From NCBI RefSeq assembly GCF_000009045.1, contig NC_000964.3:210001-242000 (forward strand): a stretch of DNA of 32,000 nucleotides. The letters run 5' to 3'. Under the pieces are notes generated by a model. It made no database searches. It saw only the letters and a program-made list of their open reading frames with translations, and had not been told where the DNA came from. Shown piece by piece: positions 7,633 through 16,565 of the stretch (positions within the stretch are counted from its first letter, which is position 1; the number at the start of each line of letters is the position of its first letter). The DNA is from Bacillus subtilis subsp. subtilis str. 168 (GTDB lineage: Bacteria > Bacillota > Bacilli > Bacillales > Bacillaceae). A program made the position numbers and the translations under genes.

Positions 7633-9040
7633 TATCATTTCTTTTTTATGGCTTCAGTCAAAAAGGCGTTTTGTAAGTCAAGGTCAGGAAAAAAAAATGC
7701 CTTTTTTGATCATGCTCCTTTTTGTTGGGGCCATCGGATTTCAAGTAAGTTTTGTTTCTAGATCTACGACATGGGATATGAGTATTGCTGGTTGGGTACT
7801 TACAGGTGTTTTTATCCTTTATACGGCATTTGGACTTTTTTCAAATCGATTACCAAGTCAAATGGCAGATATTATATGGCTTTATGGCACTGCCACATCT
7901 TTTTCAAAAGTTGTGTATAGTGTTTTATTTTTCAGCGTCACTTGGAAGGCGTTGCTTTGGATCATCTCAGCCATATTCGGTGATGTATTAATTGTGCTTC
8001 TGTCTGGTGATCATATCAATTTATTAGGCCGATCCATAATTTTTGTAGGGCTCTTTTTTATCGCTGAAGTGTGGTTGATGTCGGTCTCTTGTGCCAGAAC
8101 AGTGAAGAAAATGAAAAGGGTATACGTTTTAGTCTTTCTTCTAATGTTAGGCATTTACTCCATATGTCTTTATCGCTTCTTCTTTCTCCAACATTCATCT
8201 GGGATATGGGAGAGCATTGCCCGTTTTATTAGTGGCGTTGGATTAGTGTTTGATACATTGTCACCGTTGTATGTGGTTGTATTTATTGGGATTATCACAG
8301 TCTCTTTTATGACAATTGCTTTTACGAGCCGTCAGGTAGAAATGAAGGAATCGTTGGTGAAAGAAGCTGAATTCTGGGAGGAATTTCAAGAACGTCAATT
8401 TGGTTCAGGTCAAATTATACAGAAACCAAAAACGACTTGGTGGGGCTTGCAAGGTCTAAATGGCATTTGGTCTTTTCTGTGGTTGGAACTGTTGCTTTTT
8501 AAAAAATATTTATTTTTTCATAGCATTCATACGGTCATGCTCAGTGGCGTCTTTTATGTCGTCATTTTCATGTATCCAGAATGGTTTTATCTTCTATTCT
8601 TTCTTATCGTCTCGGCAGTCATGTTAAGTTCCTATTATTCAGGAATTGTCAGACATTCTCAATCAGGCACCCTTCATTTATTCCCCGGTGCCCTTTGGAA
8701 AAAAATCATTATTCTAGAGCTGACGAATACAGTCTGGTTGTATATTCTTTACTGTGTTTCTATTACTTTTATGGCAGTTGGGAATTTAGTTTATTGGTAT
8801 ATATATGGCTTAGGGATATATATATGGTTCATGACAATAAGGCTTTTTGCTTTTACCCATACAAACCGAAACGATATTAAGCTTTCATTGCCTCAATACT
8901 ACAAGTCATTTTTTATGGCATTAGGCCTGAGCGGCATTTGTTTGTATGTCATTCATTTATTGACTGCTGACTGGTATACATTAGTGGTGGTCGTCTGCAT
9001 AGGGAGCCTAAGTTGGTGCCTGTTTTATCGTTTCAGATAG
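7625..9040 (+). CDS. skfF: ABC transporter permease (SKF export/immunity)
   Basis: Multi-TM protein, overlapping start with skfE; start position uncertain. Confidence 0.9.
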   Translation: MNNIISFLWLQSKRRFVSQGQEKKMPFLIMLLFVGAIGFQVSFVSRSTTWDMSIAGWVLTGVFILYTAFGLFSNRLPSQMADIIWLYGTATSFSKVVYSVLFFSVTWKALLWIISAIFGDVLIVLLSGDHINLLGRSIIFVGLFFIAEVWLMSVSCARTVKKMKRVYVLVFLLMLGIYSICLYRFFFLQHSSGIWESIARFISGVGLVFDTLSPLYVVVFIGIITVSFMTIAFTSRQVEMKESLVKEAEFWEEFQERQFGSGQIIQKPKTTWWGLQGLNGIWSFLWLELLLFKKYLFFHSIHTVMLSGVFYVVIFMYPEWFYLLFFLIVSAVMLSSYYSGIVRHSQSGTLHLFPGALWKKIIILELTNTVWLYILYCVSITFMAVGNLVYWYIYGLGIYIWFMTIRLFAFTHTNRNDIKLSLPQYYKSFFMALGLSGICLYVIHLLTADWYTLVVVVCIGSLSWCLFYRFR

Positions 9041-9086
9041 TGGTTATGTAGAGTTATTGTTTTAAAACGAGGAGAGGGGCTCTTTT

Positions 9087-9602
9087 ATGAATTCAAATGG
9101 TGATAAATTGTCGTTATCTGTTCAGAATTTAGCGAATACAAATGAGATCACAATTGTTCAAGCGATAGGTGAGCTAAAGAAATCGGGAAAAGATGCAATA
9201 CCAGTTTTGGTTGAGGCCTTAAAAGAGGAAGGCTCTTTGTGTAATATTGCTGCAGCTGTTTTAGGTGAGTTTGGGGAAGACGCGAGTGAAGCAGCGGAGG
9301 AGCTATCATGTTTATTAAAAAGTCATGCGGAAGATACAAGAATGGCAGCGGCGATTTCATTAATGAGAATCGGGAAGCCCAGTCTGCCCTTTGTCATCAA
9401 AATCGCTCAAGAAAGTGAAGGGCAATCGTGCTTTTGGGCATCTTGGTGTATTGCATGGATTGATCCGTCTTGCATTGAACCTAAGATGTATAAATGTCTA
9501 AAATACGAGCATGAACATCCTTCAGGAATAGTTGCTCCGTTTGCGGCTGAAGAGGCATTAGGAAAGCTGATTGCTTTTCAGCTGAAAGATAAGGAGGACT
9601 GA
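9087..9602 (+). CDS. skfG: HEAT-repeat protein of the skf operon
   Basis: Helical repeats (GKDAIPVLVEALKEEGSLCNIAAAVLGEFGEDASEAAEEL...). Confidence 0.88.
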   Translation: MNSNGDKLSLSVQNLANTNEITIVQAIGELKKSGKDAIPVLVEALKEEGSLCNIAAAVLGEFGEDASEAAEELSCLLKSHAEDTRMAAAISLMRIGKPSLPFVIKIAQESEGQSCFWASWCIAWIDPSCIEPKMYKCLKYEHEHPSGIVAPFAAEEALGKLIAFQLKDKED

Positions 9603-9606
9603 AAGG

Positions 9607-10032
9607 ATGAAAGATGAACAAATGTTGACTGAATGGCCAAGTCATTTACCATGGTTGAATCAATCACAGAATGATTTTACATTTCCAAGTGACACATATC
9701 TTCTTCTTTATTTTTGGTCAATGAGCTGTCCAAACTGTCACCAATTAACAGACAAAGTCCTTCAAGATATAAAGGATATGAATGTGAAAGTAATCGGAGT
9801 ACATGTCCCCTATATAGAAGAAGAGAAATCTATGGAGGTTGTCTTGACGTATGCTCTTGATAGGGGACTAGCTATTCCGATTGTATTAGACCAAAACTAT
9901 GAGATCGTCACAACTTGTCACGTACAAGGCATCCCCAGCTTTTGTCTATTAAGTCAATACGGTCAGATCATTACTAAAACGATGGGAGATGTTGGTTGGG
10001 ATAAGATGTTAAAAAAGATTGCAGGCTTGTGA
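9607..10032 (+). CDS. skfH: Thioredoxin-like protein of the skf operon
   Basis: YFWSMSCPNCHQL (CxxC) thioredoxin fold, five nucleotides after the skfG stop. Confidence 0.92.
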   Translation: MKDEQMLTEWPSHLPWLNQSQNDFTFPSDTYLLLYFWSMSCPNCHQLTDKVLQDIKDMNVKVIGVHVPYIEEEKSMEVVLTYALDRGLAIPIVLDQNYEIVTTCHVQGIPSFCLLSQYGQIITKTMGDVGWDKMLKKIAGL

Positions 10033-10083
10033 AATTTTCCGTCTTGTATGTGCGACAAACGGTTGAATATTATGATGAAACGG

Positions 10084-10110
10084 TCCTTCCTATAAGCAGG
10101 AAGGTTTTTT
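10084..10110 (+). terminator. skf operon terminator
   Basis: CCTTCC TATAAGCA GGAAGG TTTTTT. Confidence 0.75.
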
Positions 10111-10278
10111 AATGAAATATTTTTTTATTAGTAGGTAAATTCATCAAATGTTCTGCTATGCTCCAAATGTACACCTTTCCGTAAGGGCAAAGTCAAATGT
10201 GAAAAAAAACTGTTCCAAAGTTAATCAGAAATTTATTTTCATATTGTATCCTTCGGTATCAAGTGAAAGGAGCATCAT

Positions 10279-11256
10279 ATGAAAACATTATGGAAAGTCC
10301 TCAAAATTGTTTTTGTCAGCTTGGCTGCTTTGGTTTTGCTTGTATCCGTCTCGGTATTTATTTATCACCATTTCCAGCTAAATAAGGAGGCGGCACTGCT
10401 GAAAGGTAAAGGCACAGTAGTCGATGTTGACGGTAAAAAGATGAATGTGTATCAAGAGGGAAGCGGGAAGGATACGTTTGTGTTTATGTCCGGTTCGGGT
10501 ATTGCTGCGCCTGCTTATGAAATGAAGGGGCTGTACAGCAAGTTTTCAAAAGAAAATAAGATTGCTGTTGTAGATCGGGCAGGTTATGGATACAGTGAAG
10601 TGTCTCACGATGACAGAGATATTGATACGGTATTGGAACAGACGAGGAAAGCGCTTATGAAAAGCGGAAATAAGCCTCCTTATATTTTAATGCCTCATTC
10701 GATATCCGGGATTGAAGCGATGTATTGGGCACAGAAATATCCTAAGGAAATCAAGGCCATTATTGCGATGGATATTGGATTGCCCCAGCAGTACGTCACG
10801 TATAAATTGAGCGGAGTTGACCGATTGAAAGTGAGAGGGTTCCACCTGTTAACCTCGATTGGTTTTCATCGGTTTATACCTTCCGCTGTATATAATCCTG
10901 AGGTGATTCGACAGTCGTTTTTAACTGATGAAGAAAAAGAAATCTATAAAGCCATTAACTTTAAGCAATTTTTTAATGCAGATATGGAGCATGAGCTTTT
11001 ACAGTCTTACCAAAACGGCAGCAAATCTGTGAATCTGCCTGCGCCAAAGGAAACTCCCGTCTTGATTTTAGATGCAGTCTCTGACCAAAATAGACATTCA
11101 AAGTATGCTATACAAAACCGAAAAGACTATGAAGCGTTTGCGGCTCAATTCAATACTGCCGATATAAAGGAACTGAGGGGAACACACAGTATTTATTTAT
11201 ATCAGCCTGATCAAATATATAAACTGTCCATGGAGTTTATGAGAAAGGTTCGCTAG
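10279..11256 (+). CDS. ybdG: Alpha/beta hydrolase with N-terminal TM anchor
   Basis: N-terminal hydrophobic segment; GSGIAAP oxyanion region and LMPHSISGIEAMYWA nucleophile-elbow-like motif. Confidence 0.85.
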   Translation: MKTLWKVLKIVFVSLAALVLLVSVSVFIYHHFQLNKEAALLKGKGTVVDVDGKKMNVYQEGSGKDTFVFMSGSGIAAPAYEMKGLYSKFSKENKIAVVDRAGYGYSEVSHDDRDIDTVLEQTRKALMKSGNKPPYILMPHSISGIEAMYWAQKYPKEIKAIIAMDIGLPQQYVTYKLSGVDRLKVRGFHLLTSIGFHRFIPSAVYNPEVIRQSFLTDEEKEIYKAINFKQFFNADMEHELLQSYQNGSKSVNLPAPKETPVLILDAVSDQNRHSKYAIQNRKDYEAFAAQFNTADIKELRGTHSIYLYQPDQIYKLSMEFMRKVR

Positions 11257-11257
11257 G

Positions 11258-11929
11258 ATGAAGGGTTATCGTATTTTAATCGTTGAGGACGATGTGATGA
11301 TTGGTGATTTGCTGCAAAAGATTTTGCAGCGCGAGGGATATCGTGTGATATGGAAAACAGATGGAGCGGATGTGCTTTCGGTGATTCAGAAGGTGGATTT
11401 GGTCATTATGGATGTGATGCTGCCGGGTGAAGACGGGTATCAAATGTCTGCAAAAATCAAAAAGCTGGGGCTGGGCATTCCGGTTATTTTTCTCTCAGCC
11501 CGCAATGACATGGACAGCAAGCTTCAAGGTTTGCAGATCGGCGAGGATTATATGGTAAAGCCCTTTGATCCGAGAGAGCTGCTATTAAGAATGCGGAATA
11601 TGCTTGAGCATCATTATGGGACCTTTACGCAAATCAAACATTTGTATATTGATGCGGTAACGAAAAAAGTGTTCAATGAAAGCCTGCATGATGAGGTATT
11701 ATTTACTGCGATTGAGCGGAAAATTTTCTTTTATTTATATGAAAATAGAGACAGTATCCTGACAAAGGAACATTTCTTTGAATATCTATGGCAGCTCGAA
11801 GATAGAAACCCGAATATTGTCAATGTGCATATTAAAAAAATTAGAGCTAAAATCAATGATCAAGCGGGTGAGATGATTGAAAATATATATGGAGAAGGGT
11901 ATCGGCTGAATACCGTTGTGAAGAAATGA
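11258..11929 (+). CDS. ybdJ: OmpR-family two-component response regulator
   Basis: Receiver domain (VEDDVMIGD, VIMDVMLPGEDG, KPFDPREL) plus winged-helix C-terminus. Confidence 0.93.
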   Translation: MKGYRILIVEDDVMIGDLLQKILQREGYRVIWKTDGADVLSVIQKVDLVIMDVMLPGEDGYQMSAKIKKLGLGIPVIFLSARNDMDSKLQGLQIGEDYMVKPFDPRELLLRMRNMLEHHYGTFTQIKHLYIDAVTKKVFNESLHDEVLFTAIERKIFFYLYENRDSILTKEHFFEYLWQLEDRNPNIVNVHIKKIRAKINDQAGEMIENIYGEGYRLNTVVKK

Positions 11930-12912
11930 AGCTCAAGACAAAATATCAGTTGTTATTGTTTACGGCCGTCATTAGTGTTCCGATGCTATTGCTGGCGGTC
12001 AGTGTTTTGATGTCGGTGATTTATGACAGCATGTTTAAACCGATGAATCATGGTATGCCCTTTCACAGGTCGTTTGCATACCCGGCAATGATCGTTGTAT
12101 TTTTGATATCACTCTTATTGTTAGCTTTTTTATTTTCAAAGTCGATTCATTCTCTGTTGCATAAAATCAATCTATTAAATCAAACCATTCGGCATTTGGC
12201 GAGTGATCAAAGGGTGCCCGATAAAATTGAAGTGAAGCGTGCTGATGAAATCGGGGAACTGATCAAGTCGGTCAATTTGTTAATTGAACGGACGACATAT
12301 CGTGAACTGGAGCTGAGACAGCAGGAGGAAATCAAAAAGGAGCTTTTGCAAAAACTGCGGCATGACATTAATACACCTTTAACGGCTCTCAGGCTGCAGT
12401 TATTTTATTTGGAAGACCAATGTCATGGTCAGGCTGTATTCGAATCATTGTATCAGCAAATCGAATATATCTCGGAATTAACTAATGAATTCAATCTATA
12501 TTCCGCTGAGACGCTGGAAAGCTCTTATATTGTAAATGAAGAAGTGCGTCTAAACGAGCTATTAGAAACAGCGGTGAAAAAGTGGGATTATTTATACAGT
12601 ATGAGTGGGATTGAGCTGCACTATAAGCCGGCAGATCAAGATGTGATATGGATGAGCAACACGTTATGGATGGAAAGGCTGTTTGATAATATTTTTCAAA
12701 ATACGTTAAGGCATTCAAAAGCTAAAAAGATGGAAGTCACGATTGAACATGGCGATGTTTTTATTCGTGATGACGGTATTGGATTTGATCGGAATGAGAG
12801 CAGTGAGGGACTTGGGTTAAAGATTATTGAGGATACATGCAGGCTGCTTGCGATTACTTATGAGCTGCATACAAATGATAACGGAACGGGGTTCTTGTTT
12901 TCAAAAGAGTGA
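11926..12912 (+). CDS. ybdK: Two-component sensor histidine kinase
   Basis: Two TM segments, HAMP region, LRHDINTPLTAL H-box, HATPase motifs (FDNIFQNTLRHS, IRDDGIGFD, GLGLKIIEDTCR); ATGA overlap with ybdJ. Confidence 0.94.
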   Translation: MKLKTKYQLLLFTAVISVPMLLLAVSVLMSVIYDSMFKPMNHGMPFHRSFAYPAMIVVFLISLLLLAFLFSKSIHSLLHKINLLNQTIRHLASDQRVPDKIEVKRADEIGELIKSVNLLIERTTYRELELRQQEEIKKELLQKLRHDINTPLTALRLQLFYLEDQCHGQAVFESLYQQIEYISELTNEFNLYSAETLESSYIVNEEVRLNELLETAVKKWDYLYSMSGIELHYKPADQDVIWMSNTLWMERLFDNIFQNTLRHSKAKKMEVTIEHGDVFIRDDGIGFDRNESSEGLGLKIIEDTCRLLAITYELHTNDNGTGFLFSKE

Positions 12913-12981
12913 CCCCGCTGATGTTTTTCTTTCTCCTATAAAATTTATATAATAGGGAGAAAGAAATGGGGTGAACATCAT

Positions 12982-13176
12982 ATGTTTAAAAAAATCATCA
13001 AAACGATTAAGTACCTCTCAAGCAGTTCTAGTGACCGATATCGCAGACACCGGCATTACAGCAGCAGCCGGCGCAGACATTATCGCAGCTACAGCAGCAG
13101 TTCGGGCAAAAGAAGACACTACGACCGTTATGGCGGCAGTCATCGTTACAAACGCCGGAGCTACAGCAGCAGTTAA
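12982..13176 (+). CDS. 64-aa Ser/Arg/Tyr/His-rich low-complexity protein
   Basis: ATG preceded by GGGGTGA SD; half of residues are Ser or Arg (18 S + 14 R of 64). Confidence 0.7.
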   Translation: MFKKIIKTIKYLSSSSSDRYRRHRHYSSSRRRHYRSYSSSSGKRRHYDRYGGSHRYKRRSYSSS

Positions 13177-13189
13177 TCCAAAAAAAGTT

Positions 13190-13218
13190 CTTGTTCCGCT
13201 TTTGGGACAAGGGTTTTT
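13190..13218. terminator. Bidirectional terminator between the Ser/Arg-rich gene and ybdM
   Basis: CTTGTTCC GCTTTT GGGACAAG, flanked by A-rich (left) and T-rich (right) tracts. Confidence 0.75.
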
Positions 13219-13989
13219 TTATGTGACCGATTGAATGGCCCGGTTTAGATCCTCGCGAATGGAAGCGGTGTGCTGATACTCTTCCTCAATGCCCAATAAT
13301 CTTTTCAGCAGCAAGGTTACTTCCTTTGTCAGTGTTAATTCCTCCAGCCAAGTGCCGTTTTTCTTCTTTTTTCCTTTATATTGAGAGTACAGCAAGAATA
13401 ACAGCGTTTCTCCGAGATCGAAGAAGTCATCCTGTTTTCGTACCTTTATTTCCTCCATTTCTTCAGGAGTCAATTGTTTGGCAAGGCCGAAATCGATGAG
13501 GCAGAGCCTGCCATCATTGATGATGATATTAGGCGTTCTGATGTCGCTGTGGAAGATAAGGCGATCATGCAGGTATTCTATAATCTCAAGCAGCTGCGAA
13601 ATCAGTTGTAACGCCATAAGCTCTGTGAACGGCTGTTTTCGAAAAAATAATAATTCTTCTATATTCTCTCCCTCAATGAACTGCATGACATAATAAGCCT
13701 GTCCGTCTATGATGAATTCATCTATGAAGCCCGGAATTTGCGGGTGGTGAATGTTTTTGAGCAGTTTTATTTCCTGCTGGAATCGGACTTTCTCTTTTTC
13801 CTTTTTGGCTTTTGTCGGCCGAAGCTGTTTTAAGACATAAGGTGTTTGAGCTAGGATATCGGTGCACAAATAAACCAAACCGTAGCCTCCCATACCGAGG
13901 CACTCTTCGATTTTGTATTGATGATTTAAGATAACGCCGTTCTTTAGAGGGCGGTCAAATAGCAGTTTTTTTAGAAGTTTTAATGCCAT
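13219..13989 (-). CDS. ybdM: Soluble Ser/Thr protein kinase
   Basis: LGMGGYGLVYLCTD (Gly loop), YVLKQL, HSDIRTPNIIIND catalytic loop (HSD variant), LIDFGLAKQ (DFG). Confidence 0.92.
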   Translation of the reverse strand: MALKLLKKLLFDRPLKNGVILNHQYKIEECLGMGGYGLVYLCTDILAQTPYVLKQLRPTKAKKEKEKVRFQQEIKLLKNIHHPQIPGFIDEFIIDGQAYYVMQFIEGENIEELLFFRKQPFTELMALQLISQLLEIIEYLHDRLIFHSDIRTPNIIINDGRLCLIDFGLAKQLTPEEMEEIKVRKQDDFFDLGETLLFLLYSQYKGKKKKNGTWLEELTLTKEVTLLLKRLLGIEEEYQHTASIREDLNRAIQSVT

Positions 13990-14047
13990 GTCTGCACTTC
14001 CCTTGGTTGTACTGACTATAGTTTACCTTCTAGACGGAGAATAAAAA

Positions 14048-14066
14048 AGAGCCGGATAACCGGCTC
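14048..14066 (-). terminator. Terminator downstream of ybdN
   Basis: GAGCCGGATAACCGGCTC followed by a T-run on the minus strand. Confidence 0.75.
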
Positions 14067-14074
14067 GGTATAAG

Positions 14075-14932
14075 TTAAAACTGCTTTGTCACGTCGTATT
14101 CATAATCTATTTTTGCTTTTACGTTGCTCATCGTCGATCTGGCTGTCGCTAATGTATTATATTTAAAACTCCATACCTTTGCCACACTGAGTTGATCCGA
14201 CAAAGAGATATCATAAGACCCTGAAGTCGAGCTGTTTACAAGGGCACGGCTCCATTCGTTATTTTCGCTTGTCATGATCAGATGGCGTGTATTTCCCTGG
14301 CTTGGTGTTTGAGTGGCGGTTGTTTGAACTCTGGTTACAATGGCATCACGCGGTATCCCAGATTGGTTTGTTAAATCAACCTTGATCACGCTGGAGTCAG
14401 AACCTGAGGGGCTAAGGCTTGTATTTCCTTTATTTTCAGCAACGCCGCTGAATTGGAACGTTCCGCTGCCTGATTTGATTCGGTCTTCAATTGAAAGCGT
14501 AAAGTACATGTTTCCAGTATAGGTGCCTCGTGACACTTTCACATAGAAGGTATCCGTCGTGTTTTGGGCGTCTGCATTTGCATAAATAAAAGAAGAAAAC
14601 GTATTAGGGTTAATAACTTCTGTCCCTTGAGAAACAGGTATTCTGTTCTTGTCATAAATTTCAATTTTCATCCCTGTATACGCGCTCTGGTATGTACTCC
14701 TCATGTATACTTTTTCTCCCTTATTAGCCGTAAAAGTGAAATAGGCTTCATCTTGACCAGCTTCCAGTATTGTTGTATCGATATTTTTATATTTCCAATA
14801 ACCGATCGGCATTGCGGTATCAAATGAATTGTTTCCTGTGATAGCAGTGACTCCGACAGCTGATGCCGAATACGTAAAGGTAGATAAGACAGAAAGCATA
14901 ACAGCGAATTGAATAAGCCATTTTTTCACCAT
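14075..14932 (-). CDS. ybdN: Secreted protein of unknown function
   Basis: Sec signal peptide MVKKWLIQFAVMLSVLSTFTYSASA; first half resembles bacterial pre-peptidase C-terminal-like beta domains. Confidence 0.8.
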   Translation of the reverse strand: MVKKWLIQFAVMLSVLSTFTYSASAVGVTAITGNNSFDTAMPIGYWKYKNIDTTILEAGQDEAYFTFTANKGEKVYMRSTYQSAYTGMKIEIYDKNRIPVSQGTEVINPNTFSSFIYANADAQNTTDTFYVKVSRGTYTGNMYFTLSIEDRIKSGSGTFQFSGVAENKGNTSLSPSGSDSSVIKVDLTNQSGIPRDAIVTRVQTTATQTPSQGNTRHLIMTSENNEWSRALVNSSTSGSYDISLSDQLSVAKVWSFKYNTLATARSTMSNVKAKIDYEYDVTKQF

Positions 14933-15063
14933 GCAAACAACCTCCTTTTATTTCCATCATACATAATAACGATTTAGGTGTAAATAAATGTTTTTTGAGG
15001 TTAATATATACATTATATTCGCCGATAAAAAAGAATAAGAGAGAATACTCGGGAGGGAATTCA

Positions 15064-16248
15064 ATGCGTCTGAATCGGCAATTTATCCGCACTCAGCTGA
15101 TTGCACAGAACATATTGAGCAAGAATGCGCCTGCCAAACGGGAGAATGCGACTGAAAATCCAGCGGCAGTTCTGGAAAAGGCATATAGCAGGCTTAAGTC
15201 ACAATCTTCAACTGGGGGAATCAATCAGTTCAATTATTCTAAAACCAGCGTGTCGGGAAACAGCGGGACGTTCAGCAAAGTGTATCAATCAGCGAATGAT
15301 CGAACAGTGACAGACACAGGGGAAGAAACAGTGATTCAATCCCAAAACCCCTATGAATCTGAGAGTGATATCAGAATCAAAATACTAGATGAAAAATACA
15401 GCAGGATGAATGCGATTAATAAAACAAAGTCTGATCCATTAGGCTATATTAAGGATAAGTACCAAAATTCAAAGTCTCCTTATTTCAGAAGTGATCTGTC
15501 AGCTGCAGAAAGACAGGCCGCTTACGATAATGAAACAGAATGGTTATTCAAAGGGAAGGCGCAAAACTATAACCTTCAGGATGCTGTGTTTCGGAATGTC
15601 ACATTTCATGGGGAAGTGGAAGCTGAGAATGAAAAGGTGTATCAGCGGGGACAGGTTAACCAGCAGCTGCAAGTACTGTTGAATCGAAACCATATTCATA
15701 TTCCAGAGGGGACAGAGCTGACGTTTACAATCACACCGATTGACTATCAGGTGCGGGTAAGCGGGACAGACGATCAGGATCTGATCAAGCAAATTGAGCA
15801 AGTGCTGCAATCTGGAGACAACAGCAAAGAACTATTTTTACACATCATGAAAAGTCAAAGCAGTGATTCAGCACAATTTTCCGAAGAGGCCTATAAAAAG
15901 TATCAGGCAGCTCGTGAGATGTATGAAGTTACAGGCTACCATTTGAAGGATTTAGAAGTGATTGATGGGCGGTACGTCACGCCTGAGGGACGTGACTTAA
16001 TGGATGTATATAAGGAAGAGCTTGAAAAAGATCCAGTGCAGAAACAAACGGCTTCTTATGCTATATCTTACTATCGTTCAGAGCTCAGTAAAATCGCGGA
16101 AGCCGGGTATAATGCCATTCCGGATTTCATCCTATCAATTGATTACAGCAATGGATCTCTGAGAGATGTGGGACAAAGCAAGAGCTATGGGACCGGAGAT
16201 ACCGGGTGGCTTGAAGCATTAAAGCGTCAAACGGGTGTGAATTATTAG
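15064..16248 (+). CDS. ybdO: Conserved protein of unknown function (394 aa)
   Basis: ATG at 15064 with GGGAGGG SD; divergent from ybdN; the longer ORF start at 14995 has no comparable SD. Confidence 0.8.
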   Translation: MRLNRQFIRTQLIAQNILSKNAPAKRENATENPAAVLEKAYSRLKSQSSTGGINQFNYSKTSVSGNSGTFSKVYQSANDRTVTDTGEETVIQSQNPYESESDIRIKILDEKYSRMNAINKTKSDPLGYIKDKYQNSKSPYFRSDLSAAERQAAYDNETEWLFKGKAQNYNLQDAVFRNVTFHGEVEAENEKVYQRGQVNQQLQVLLNRNHIHIPEGTELTFTITPIDYQVRVSGTDDQDLIKQIEQVLQSGDNSKELFLHIMKSQSSDSAQFSEEAYKKYQAAREMYEVTGYHLKDLEVIDGRYVTPEGRDLMDVYKEELEKDPVQKQTASYAISYYRSELSKIAEAGYNAIPDFILSIDYSNGSLRDVGQSKSYGTGDTGWLEALKRQTGVNY

Positions 16249-16249
16249 G

Positions 16250-16280
16250 TAAGCTGTTCATGTAGGACAGCTTATTTTTT
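16250..16280 (+). terminator. ybdO terminator
   Basis: TAAGCTGTTC ATGTA GGACAGCTTA TTTTTTAT. Confidence 0.75.
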
Positions 16281-16565
16281 ATGAGAATCTAAGGGGTGAA
16301 TTAATCCCAATATTCAAATAATTTTATTATTTTTATATAAAAGATTTTAAAAGAAGTGAACGATTCAAAACTCTGAACAAAGGTGTTTACCTGAAAAAAA
16401 CAATTGTATTTTCCAGAGAAATTTATTATGATGAAATAAGTAATTTAGGAGATTATATAACAATTTTAAGTTTGAATTTTCTGATTGTTATCACTGATTC
16501 ATGTGAAGGCAAGCAGGTCTGCTGTTTTCTCATTTATGAGTATTTTGTTAGGAGGAGGAAGAGGA

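Noticed and set aside
9148-9360. Proline/leucine-rich antisense ORF inside skfG, and similar antisense ORFs throughout
   Set aside because: They are shadows of codon-biased coding sequence with no SD or family signature.
12990-13175. Possible repeat array in the AGC-rich stretch
   Set aside because: The repetition comes from Ser/Arg codons (AGCAGC, CGCAGA) without regular spacers or period, so it is neither CRISPR nor a true tandem repeat.
12971-13234. 87-aa and 60-aa ORFs overlapping the Ser/Arg-rich gene in other frames
   Set aside because: They are low-complexity (Ala/Thr/Val- or Cys/Asn-rich) translations of the same repetitive codons; only the 12982 frame has a proper SD/ATG arrangement, and the 87-aa ORF reads through the terminator.
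14995-15063. N-terminal extension of ybdO
   Set aside because: The ATG at 15064 follows a strong SD (GGGAGGG); the extension includes it.
16281-16565. Long leader upstream of ybxG as a riboswitch or T-box
   Set aside because: No T-box sequence (AGGGTGGNACCGCG), no clear terminator and no recognised aptamer core could be seen; a covariance search (Infernal/Rfam) would be needed.
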